Source: an uncultured bacterium (GTDB taxonomy: Bacteria > Verrucomicrobiota > Verrucomicrobiia > Verrucomicrobiales > DEV007). From it: a stretch of 64,000 nucleotides of DNA. The position numbers and the translations under genes were made by a program. The notes under the pieces are model-generated. The model was not told the DNA's origin and did not search any database. It was given only the letters and a program-made list of their open reading frames with translations. Of the stretch, positions 21,148 to 29,800 are shown piece after piece. The DNA is taken from contig CAXBMO010000025.1 in assembly GCA_963977015.1 (NCBI GenBank), positions 27,505-91,504 of the forward strand, read 5' to 3'. Each line of letters starts with the position of its first letter. Position 1 is the first letter of the stretch.

Positions 21148-23328
21148 TCAGTGAGAATTCGCGCGCACGCGGATTTTCGAAAACGCGCCATCGTGTTCAA
21201 TCTCGAAATCGTCAGCTGCAGCCGGCCTGCCATCAACTCGCCATTCGGCGTTTGGCATGGCCAAAACACTCTCAGCGGTCCACGATCCTTCCAGCCAGAG
21301 AACGCCGCGCGGCGAACGAAAATCAAACGATCCGGAGCCGGCTCCGAAGATCAATCGGCGCACTCGCAGTTTGCCCGCCCTCAGTTGCACCACGGCTTCG
21401 CCATCGCCGCCGCCTAGAAGAAGCATCTCGACTTCAATCTCGCCGTTGTCGATTTCCAGGGTCGCCAGATCGTGAACCAGCTCCAACGACCGTGCCGTCA
21501 GGCTGCCGCCCTCACGAACCCTCAACCGGCTGACGGTGTCAGGAAACTTTTCACCGTACTGAGCCATTCGGATCGTTCCATCGCCCCCATCCCAAACTCC
21601 GCCATCGAGGTCGACCAGGGACTCGGCGTTATTCCGCCCGATGAAGACCGGAGACCGCGTCACCAGCTTGCCTTGAACGATCAGTTCGGCGCGGGCACCC
21701 GGATTGAAGCCAACGATTAACTGCCCGAAGCCTGACTTCACCAACTCGCCGCTGGGTCCGATTCGCAAACGACCAGTCGAGTCATTGTGATTGGCGATGA
21801 CCACGCTCTGCTTGGTCGCGAACCGACGATCGATCCGCGCCTCGCCTTCGCCATCAATCACGATCTGATCGAGGGCTGGATCCGGCTTTCCGCCCACCCA
21901 ATTCGCCTCAGCATCCCAACTTCCACTGCGGCCCGCCCACACTGCGGTGGCGACCGATTTGCGTGCTCGCGAAGTCAGCCGCAACCGAACGTCATCCGCA
22001 AAATGGCCTTCGAATTCGTTTTCGTCGCGATCCGTTTCGTTTTCAAACGCCAGCAAGTCGATCAACAGAAAATCCGTTCCCGGCGGAACCGGCATGCTGA
22101 CTTCGAGAGGCTCCCAAGTTTCAGGATCGTCATCGCTCAGGATCACCGAACTGGTAGCCGCGAGCCTTTCCGATGTGAGTTCGTTTTTGCGATCCCAAAA
22201 GGCTTTCGCCTCCTCGATCCGACCACGATAAGCGCCAATCCCGAGCCTGAATTGCGAATTCCCAACCCCGGACAGACGATTGAAAAAACTGCCGAGCTTT
22301 ACGGTTACCTCACCCGTATTTACCCGATCGGAAAACGGGCGCAGATCGACGATTCGCCAGACCTCGGAAGCGCGCTGATCTCCAGCTTCGGTTTGCTCAG
22401 GAGAGTAGGTCGCGAGAAACTGAAGCATGCTCGCTCCACGAACCGGATGGATCGAACCGTCGGCGGATCTCGAAATGATGCGCGCGCCATCGCCGCTCCA
22501 GATTGCCGGTTCGGTTGGCATCCCCGCGCCGATTTGCTGACCCGGTTCGAACGAAGTTCCGAGATCAACCGGGAGTTCGTGAGCCGGCATGGGAAAGGTC
22601 CACGGCTCAGCTCCGAGCGTCAGCAACTGCTGAAACTTCGACGCCTCGTCATCGTGCAGGCGCAGCTTCTTTCCTCGAGCAACGATCTCGACTTCCCCCT
22701 CGAAAACATGAGTCTCAGACTGTCCACCGGCATCGACCCTCACCCCGAAACGCGTGCCGAAATCAATCGCTTCGCCTTCCGGCGTGACCACGGTGAAACC
22801 GACACCTGCTTTGTCCACATCCGCCGCGATGCTTCCCCGGTCGAGTCGCAATCGTTTCGGCCCAAGCACCTCAAATTTTGCCGGCCCTTCGATCGCGACG
22901 CGGACGCCCTTGCCGATTTCCAATTCGATCAACCCACGGCGAAGGCTAACCGTCTTGTTTGGCAATACATCGCCGAAAGGAGCCTCCCAAACCGCATCGG
23001 TCGCGCTCGTGATGCGAGCAACGGACATTTGATCTCGCTCCGGCCAGATTGATTTCAGCGTCAGAAGAATGGCCACGAGCGCAGCCGCAGCGGAAACCAC
23101 GGCGATCCAGCTCCGGCGAATGGGCGGTTTCGTGTTGATCGGACTGAACGCGAAATCTCCGCCGTCCGAGAACAACTCGGCCAACGCGCCATGAACCCGG
23201 CAACACGCCCTGAATTCATCCCGCGCCGCCTTGGATTTCGCCAGCTTCGCGTTGAGCACAGCCATCTCTTCCGCCGCCAGCGACTCATTCAGATAATTGT
23301 CGATCAGCTCGTTCAAATCCGGATTCAT
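21148..23328 (-). CDS. FecR-family anti-sigma factor
   Basis: Likely start MNPDLNELIDNYL, overlapping the sigma stop (ATGA). TM helix, FecR motifs (GFTVVTPEGEAIDFGTRFGV, THVFEGEVE), C-terminal beta-repeat region. Confidence 0.85.
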   Translation of the reverse strand: MNPDLNELIDNYLNESLAAEEMAVLNAKLAKSKAARDEFRACCRVHGALAELFSDGGDFAFSPINTKPPIRRSWIAVVSAAAALVAILLTLKSIWPERDQMSVARITSATDAVWEAPFGDVLPNKTVSLRRGLIELEIGKGVRVAIEGPAKFEVLGPKRLRLDRGSIAADVDKAGVGFTVVTPEGEAIDFGTRFGVRVDAGGQSETHVFEGEVEIVARGKKLRLHDDEASKFQQLLTLGAEPWTFPMPAHELPVDLGTSFEPGQQIGAGMPTEPAIWSGDGARIISRSADGSIHPVRGASMLQFLATYSPEQTEAGDQRASEVWRIVDLRPFSDRVNTGEVTVKLGSFFNRLSGVGNSQFRLGIGAYRGRIEEAKAFWDRKNELTSERLAATSSVILSDDDPETWEPLEVSMPVPPGTDFLLIDLLAFENETDRDENEFEGHFADDVRLRLTSRARKSVATAVWAGRSGSWDAEANWVGGKPDPALDQIVIDGEGEARIDRRFATKQSVVIANHNDSTGRLRIGPSGELVKSGFGQLIVGFNPGARAELIVQGKLVTRSPVFIGRNNAESLVDLDGGVWDGGDGTIRMAQYGEKFPDTVSRLRVREGGSLTARSLELVHDLATLEIDNGEIEVEMLLLGGGDGEAVVQLRAGKLRVRRLIFGAGSGSFDFRSPRGVLWLEGSWTAESVLAMPNAEWRVDGRPAAADDFEIEHDGAFSKIRVRANSH

Positions 23329-23846
23329 GTCGTCTTCAGTTGGCGTTCGATGCACTTTCGCAAACTCGCGCGAGCCCGCGAAAGGGCGACGTAAACCGCG
23401 TTTGCTTCCCAGCCGATTCGTTCGGCGATGACGCCCGGTTTCAGCCCTTCGCGGTACTGCAACTCGATCATTCGACGCGGCTTCGCGGCGAGCTTGCCGA
23501 GACATTTTGTGAGGGCACGTATCTCTGCGGCGGCGCGACCGGGGTCGGCACCGTCGGTTTCGTCGGCCAGCAAATCGATCACCTCATCGCTGAGCCGGTT
23601 GCGGTCCCGCTTCTCCTTTCGCAATTGCTCGAGGACTTTGAACCGCGCGATCGTCAGCACCCACGCTTTGAAGTTTGTCTCCGGTTCGAAATCGTGCGCC
23701 TTCGCGGTCACGGTGAGGAAAACTTCCTGAACCACATCCTCCGCGGCGCTCGGATTGGGCAGAAGCGAAATCACGAAGTGCTTCACCATCGAAATATTCT
23801 CGACGAACAGCTGCTGAACGCGGGTGGTGTGATCTTGCTGGGGCAT
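23325..23846 (-). CDS. ECF sigma-70 factor (Rhodopirellula/Verrucomicrobium type)
   Basis: AEDVVQEVFL, NFKAWVLTIARFKVL (region 2), AVYVALSRARASLRKCIE (region 4). Confidence 0.92.
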   Translation of the reverse strand: MPQQDHTTRVQQLFVENISMVKHFVISLLPNPSAAEDVVQEVFLTVTAKAHDFEPETNFKAWVLTIARFKVLEQLRKEKRDRNRLSDEVIDLLADETDGADPGRAAAEIRALTKCLGKLAAKPRRMIELQYREGLKPGVIAERIGWEANAVYVALSRARASLRKCIERQLKTT

Positions 23847-23875
23847 TCCTCAACTTATGAGAGAAATTCCGATTC

Positions 23876-23886
23876 CTTAGCAGGGA
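23876..23886 (-). promoter_or_regulatory. Putative autoregulatory ECF -35 element TCCCTGCTAAG (copy 1)
   Basis: About 30 nt upstream of the sigma ATG; identical to 21135-21145. Confidence 0.5.
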
Positions 23887-23977
23887 ATTTCGATATTCCG
23901 TCAATTCTCATCACCCAAAACTCCTGCGCGCCCAAACCGCAGCCTCCAAAAACCCGCCACGAACGCAAAGCTCCGGA

Positions 23978-24012
23978 TTTTTTTGTCCAATAATCCGTCC
24001 TTCTGTGGACCT
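23978..24012 (+). promoter_or_regulatory. Motif T-run-TGTCCA-N17-GGACCT (copy 1), upstream of the second ECF sigma
   Basis: The same motif recurs at 39174-39208 and 41134-41168, each upstream of a plus-strand gene. Confidence 0.6.
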
Positions 24013-24035
24013 GGTGTGAGAGTTACGTTTCACCC

Positions 24036-24566
24036 ATGCCAAACACGGCCCCCAACAGCGATCACGAACAATTCACCCGCCTCCTCCTCGAAAGCGAACC
24101 GGTGATGCTGCGTTCCATTCTCGTCTCGGTGCCTCATCGGGCTGATGCCCGGGAGATCCTTCAGGAGACCGCCGTCGCGCTATGGCGCCAGTTCGAGACC
24201 TACGATCCGGCCCGACCGTTCCTCAACTGGGCGATGGGCTTTGCTCGCATCGAAACCCGGCGCTTCCTCTCCCGGGAATCCCGCCGGGCTCAACTCTCTG
24301 AACAAGCCATGGAAGTGCTGGAGCAGGAGATGCAGGGCACTCAGGAGTTCGACTCCGCCCTAGAGACCCATCTCGCCACCTGCCTCGGCAAACTCAACGA
24401 AAAGGCCCAACGGCTGGTCCGGGGCTACTACCACGAGGGCCACAGCCCCGAAATCCTTTCACAACGCGAAAACCGCAGTGTTGAAGCGATCTACAAAACC
24501 ATCCAACGCGCCCGCCGCGAACTGCAGGCGTGTATTGAACGAAAGATGAACTCTGAACTGGCATGA
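24036..24566 (+). CDS. ECF sigma-70 factor (Rhodopirellula/Verrucomicrobium type)
   Basis: AREILQETAVALW..YDPARPFLNWAMGFAR; AIYKTIQRARRELQACIE. Confidence 0.92.
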   Translation: MPNTAPNSDHEQFTRLLLESEPVMLRSILVSVPHRADAREILQETAVALWRQFETYDPARPFLNWAMGFARIETRRFLSRESRRAQLSEQAMEVLEQEMQGTQEFDSALETHLATCLGKLNEKAQRLVRGYYHEGHSPEILSQRENRSVEAIYKTIQRARRELQACIERKMNSELA

Positions 24567-25537
24567 CTGATTCAACTGACTGGCAAGCCCTCATCCAGAA
24601 GCACCTCGATGGCCGATGCACCGAAGAGGAGGTCGCCGCGCTCTCTGACCAGATCGTGAACCGCGACGCCGTCCGATCTGATTACCTCAAGGCCGCCCGA
24701 CTGCACGGTGTCCTCGGCGATGAAACCGTCGAACTGAATCCCAAAGTCATCCCCTTCTCTCCACCCACGCCGAAAAAGGATCTTCGCCTTCAGCCGATCG
24801 CCTGGTCCCGGCAACTTGCTGCCGCAATCGTCACCGGCGCCTTCGTGGGACTGACGGGGATCGGGGTGGTCTGGGCCATGAACTCGCCTAGGTCGGAGGC
24901 GAGTTTCATTCCGATTGCCAATGGCGATTTTCAGTCCATGACAGGGCCGGTCGAAGCGGGTTTCCCGAATCGATTTGGCTACTGGAGTGGCAACCCGGCT
25001 GAAGTCGTTCAGGAACCCGACGGAAACCGGGTTCTCCGATTCCTTGAGACCGGAAACGTCATGGGCAATCCTGAGGGTGGTGCCTCCAACTGCTCGGTCT
25101 TTCAATTGGTCGATCTCACTTCCCTGCGCCGCCAATGGGAAGCAGATCGATCCGAGTCCCAGCTGACCCTGGAACTCAGTGCCCGATTTCGCCGTGAATC
25201 AGCGCCCAAGGATGCCGATCTGCCAAAACTCGACGCGAGCGTTCGTATCTATCTTTTCCAGGGTGAACCGGAATTTCTCAGCAGCAATTGGCCCAATGTG
25301 GTGCGTGAAGCCGACGCCCTGGGCAAGCAGGCCATCAAGCTCAACCCTGGAGATGAAGCCGCAACCATCTCCACTTCCTGCCTCCTGAACTCGGAAGCGA
25401 ACCTGGCGCTCATCGCGATCTCTGCCAACACGCGAATGGGTAGAACGACTCCCATTGAATTGGGCGGCTACTACGTAGATGACGTTCGACTCACCGCGAT
25501 CAAACACCCCGTTCTTCCGGTCCGCTTTGTGAAATAA
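24563..25537 (+). CDS. Putative membrane anti-sigma factor (no FecR core)
   Basis: ATGA-coupled to the sigma gene. N-terminal LIQKHLDG anti-sigma-like helix and TM segment. Periplasmic part resembles the central domain of the 21148-23328 protein. Confidence 0.7.
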   Translation: MTDSTDWQALIQKHLDGRCTEEEVAALSDQIVNRDAVRSDYLKAARLHGVLGDETVELNPKVIPFSPPTPKKDLRLQPIAWSRQLAAAIVTGAFVGLTGIGVVWAMNSPRSEASFIPIANGDFQSMTGPVEAGFPNRFGYWSGNPAEVVQEPDGNRVLRFLETGNVMGNPEGGASNCSVFQLVDLTSLRRQWEADRSESQLTLELSARFRRESAPKDADLPKLDASVRIYLFQGEPEFLSSNWPNVVREADALGKQAIKLNPGDEAATISTSCLLNSEANLALIAISANTRMGRTTPIELGGYYVDDVRLTAIKHPVLPVRFVK

Positions 25538-25568
25538 AAAAGCATTCTACTCACCAATTTTTAGCATA

Positions 25569-26855
25569 ATGAAAACCAACTTAAAACGCCGCCATTTTCT
25601 CCGCGGAGCTGGAGCCTTGATTGCCCTGCCCGCTCTGGAATCCATCGAATTTCGCCGCTTTGCTTCTGCGGCTGCAACCGCAGCGATTACGCCCCCGAAA
25701 CGCGCCGTCTTTTTTGGAATCGGATTTGGCGTGACTAAAGAAACCTGGTTTCCCGATGTCAATCAAACCGGCACCGACTACGAACTGTCCGAAGGCCTTT
25801 CCCCGCTCGCACGTCACCAGTCCGACCTCACCGTCGTGCAAGGCTGCGCAAACCAGTACACGAACGAAGCGCACTGGGGCAGCACCTTCTGGCTCACCGG
25901 CGCGAACCGCTATTCCGTTCCCGGTCAGAATATGGCCAACAGCATTTCGGTCGATCAGGTCGTCGCTCAAAACCTCGGACAGGATACCCGCTTTTCGTCC
26001 GTGCAACTGAATGGCTCCGACGAACAGGGACATGGCCCCGGGCTTTCGCTGGCCTGGGATCAGCGCGGCAAGCCGGTCGCCGGCCAAAACGATCCCGTCC
26101 AGGTTTTTCACAAGCTCTTCTCCGCCGACGACTTGCCGCTCGAACAACGAAAGGCCGCCATCGCCGAAAATCGCAGTGTTCTCGACGCCGTTCTCAGCGA
26201 AGCGAAGCGCGTGCAGCGCGGCCTTTCCAAAACCGACACCGACAAGCTCGACGAATATTTTCAGGGAATCCGCGACATCGAGACGCGCCTCAACAAAGAC
26301 GAAGACTGGCTCGAAGTTCCCAAAGCAAAAGCCCCTCTCGAAGAACCGGAGCCCGGCCTGAAAGGGAAACCCGAGATCGAGATCATGCAGGATCTCATCG
26401 TCGCGGCACTTCAGACTGACAGCACGCGTTCGCTCACCTACCGCATGCCCGGCCAGAGCCTTTTGCAAAGTCTCGACGTCAAACCCAGTGCTCACAACGT
26501 GAGCCATTACTCTCCGGGAGATCGAATGGAAGGGTCAAAGCTGCGCGACAAAACTCACAGCGAATTGCTGGCCCGCTTCATCGACAAGCTGAAAGCGACA
26601 CAGGAAGCCGACGGATCGAGTCTCTTCGATCACACCGCGGTGGCCTTCGGTTCGAATATCAGCTCCATTCATTACCTGACTAATTGTCCGACCATTCTCA
26701 CCGGCGGCGGTGCCAATTTGAAACTCGGACAGCACCTCGTCCTGCCCGAAGACACCCCGCTCTGCAATGTCTGGCTGACGATGCTTCAGGGAATGGGAAT
26801 CCAAGCGGAGCGCCACGGCGACAGCTCGGGAATTGTGAAGGAATTGCAGGCATGA
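25569..26855 (+). CDS. DUF1552 family protein (Tat-exported)
   Basis: RRHFLRGAG..IALPALES, SVDQVVA, KLDEYFQGIRDIE, ALQTDSTR, PLCNVWLTMLQ. Confidence 0.88.
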   Translation: MKTNLKRRHFLRGAGALIALPALESIEFRRFASAAATAAITPPKRAVFFGIGFGVTKETWFPDVNQTGTDYELSEGLSPLARHQSDLTVVQGCANQYTNEAHWGSTFWLTGANRYSVPGQNMANSISVDQVVAQNLGQDTRFSSVQLNGSDEQGHGPGLSLAWDQRGKPVAGQNDPVQVFHKLFSADDLPLEQRKAAIAENRSVLDAVLSEAKRVQRGLSKTDTDKLDEYFQGIRDIETRLNKDEDWLEVPKAKAPLEEPEPGLKGKPEIEIMQDLIVAALQTDSTRSLTYRMPGQSLLQSLDVKPSAHNVSHYSPGDRMEGSKLRDKTHSELLARFIDKLKATQEADGSSLFDHTAVAFGSNISSIHYLTNCPTILTGGGANLKLGQHLVLPEDTPLCNVWLTMLQGMGIQAERHGDSSGIVKELQA

Positions 26856-29800
26856 GGCAGCGTCGAGAATTCACCATTTCACGAATCAACAGGGTATGTT
26901 CGTTAATCATACCCTGTTGGATCGTCTGCATCGTCGCCGCGTTTTCTACCGGCTCGGCGGCGGACGAACCGGCTGCGATTTTTCCGGAAAAGCATTTCGC
27001 CTTTTTCGAAAAGAACTGCCTCGAGTGCCACGATTCCCTCACTGAAAAAGGGAAGGTGAATCTCGAAGAAATCCCTTTCCAGATCACGACGATCGCTGAA
27101 GCGGAGCTTTGGCAAAAGGTGCTCGACTCGATCAACTCCGGAGAAATGCCGCCGGAGGATGAGCCGCAACCGGACAACGTGGAGAAGGCTGATTTTCTCG
27201 ATGCACTTGCGAATCTGATGGTCACGGCTCGGAAATCGCTTGCCGACACGGGCGGCGAGATCACGATGCGGCGGCTGAATCGACGGGAATATCAAAACAC
27301 GATCGAGCATCTCCTCGGTGTCAAACTGGATGTCAATTCGCTCCCGAGCGACGGTGGCGCGGGGAGTTTCGATACGGTGGGTGCCTCGCAGTTCATGTCG
27401 AGCGATCAGATCGAGCAATACCTGAAACTCGGCCGCAGCGCGATTGGCGAGTGGTTCGAACGTCGGGCAGCGATGGGGCAGGAAACCAGAACCTTCCGGG
27501 TGGAGCCGGAGAACACCGTCAATGTGCAGAGCCGCGAGAACATGGCGAAGCAGGAGGAGGTGCAGGAACGTTACCTGCGCTGGAAAGCTGAGGTCGACAA
27601 GGCCGCTCTCCTTCCTGAGAACGAGAAGGTCCTCGCTCAGCTTCGGGAGAAATTCAAACTCGACGATCTGACGGACAGCGTCCGGCTCTATCAAAATGCG
27701 AACCTACTGAAGGGCACTCCTGATCCTACGAAATTCGGCTTCCGCGACGCCAACGCTGCATCCTTTTCCTACCAGGGCGGCTACGGCCGCACCCACGCCT
27801 ACATGAAGCAATACCTCGAGTTTCCTAACAGTGACCGGGGCACTTACCTGAAACTCGCCTGGGCCATTCAGCGCATCGATGTCACTCCCAAACCGGAGGA
27901 TCTTCCTCCGGGCACCTACAAGCTGAGGATTCGGGCCGGCTCGGTGGAGGGATCCGATCCCTCCCGCCACTTTATCGAGGTCGGTCACCCCCAGCGCGTC
28001 AACCAGGTGCCCTTCGGCTTTTCCTCCAAGCCCATCGCCAGTCTGCAGGTCACCGGCACGGAAGAAATCCCGGAGGTCGTGGAAACCATCATTGAGATCG
28101 GAGCCGACACCCCACGGGAATTCGGCATCCAGGAGCGCGTCCCGGCAGAGAGCAAAAAGACGATCAGCAGGGAATTCTATGCCTACAAACGGGAAAACGG
28201 CTACGGCACCCCGCCCGCGATCTGGGTGGACTGGATTGAGCTGGAAGGTCCGTTACCCCGCAATGGGGTGGTGGTGGCCAAAACCCATCGCGTCGAGGTG
28301 GAGAAAACTGTCAACGTCAAGAATTTGGAGATCATCAAAGGTCAGGAACAAAAGTTTAAAGAAAAATGGCTTCCCTGGAAGGAAGGGGTCGACAAGGCGG
28401 CCAAAGATCCGGCGAATCAAGAGGTCATGGCTGAACTTCGCCAGGAGCATCCCCAACTCGATACGGAACCTCTCCGGCTCTACGAAAACGCCGGTCGTTT
28501 GAAGGGAGCACCCGACCCCCGGAAGTTTGGATTCGGGGATCCCATCAACGCCAACGCGCACTACAGGTCGATTCGGCGAATCCTCGACTACACGAAACAT
28601 TACGCAGAGCTTCCTCACAACGACCGGGGAGCTTACCTGAAACTTGTATCGGGGATCCAACGATTCGATGTGACCCCCGATCCGAAAGATGTGCCTCCCG
28701 GTAGCTACAAGCTTCGAGTTCGTGCCGGTACAGTGGAGGGCTCCGATCCATCCCGCCATTTCGTTGAGATCGGTCACCCTCAGCGTCGCAGTGCAACTTC
28801 ACTCGGCTTCACGAAACTACTCAGTACCCAACAAATTTCCGGCACCATCCAGAATCCGCAGATCATTGAGGTCGACATCGAAATTGGCGCAGCCACCCCT
28901 CGCGATTTTGGCGTTCAGGAACGCCAGCCCAAATCAGCGAAACTTCTGAGGAAGGAGTTCGACAGTCACAAGAAGAAAAACGGCTACGGCACACCGCCCG
29001 CCATCTGGGTCGACTGGATCGAGCTCGAAGGGCCGATTCAAGATGCCGATGTAATTATGTCAGAAGTGACTCGCGTCGAGCCGGAAAAGACAGTCAACCC
29101 CGCGAACGAAAAGGAGATCGCGGAGATCGAAGATGCTCACGCACGCTTCACCGAGTGGCAAAAGGGCGTCGATGAAGCCGTGAAGTCCCCGAAAAATCAG
29201 GCGAAGATTGCCGAGCTTCGGAAAACTGAACCCAAGATCAATCACCCTCAGTGGTTCTACGAGTTTGCCGATCGACTCGAGGGCACGCCGGATCCCAAAG
29301 ACTTCGGTTTCCGCGATTCCCAGAAAGCCGCCGCGAGCTATCCCCCGGGAGACCGGGCCAATCTGGCCTATCACAAACACTATGCCGCGCTCCCGCATCG
29401 AGACCGTGGCACCTACCTGAAAGTCGCTCACGGAACCGGTCGAATCATAGTGTCGCCCGAAGAACTCCCTCTTGGCAACTACACGCTCCGCGTTCGCGCC
29501 GCCAAGGTCGAAGGCTCACCCGCCGGGCGTCACTTCATCGAGGTCGGGCATCCCCAGCGCGAGATCGAGGTCAGGAACTGGGGACTGAAGGGTCAGGCCA
29601 TCAGCAGCCATCAGGTCACCGGAACAATCGAGAATCCTCAGGTCATCGAGATTCCGCTCGAAGTGGGAACCGAAACGATCAAGGAGTTCGCCATTCAGGA
29701 AAAGCAACCCAACAACGGCAACCTCAAAGCACTTTGGGATGCTCACAATAAACTGAAGGCCAAGAACGGTTACGGCCACCCGCCCGCGATCTGGATTGAC

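Noticed and set aside
24-23400. Long plus-strand ORFs (e.g. 1500-3599, 5457-6689, 8578-10062, 11458-13092, 21787-23052)
   Set aside because: Antisense shadows of clear minus-strand genes in GC-rich DNA; no recognisable motifs.
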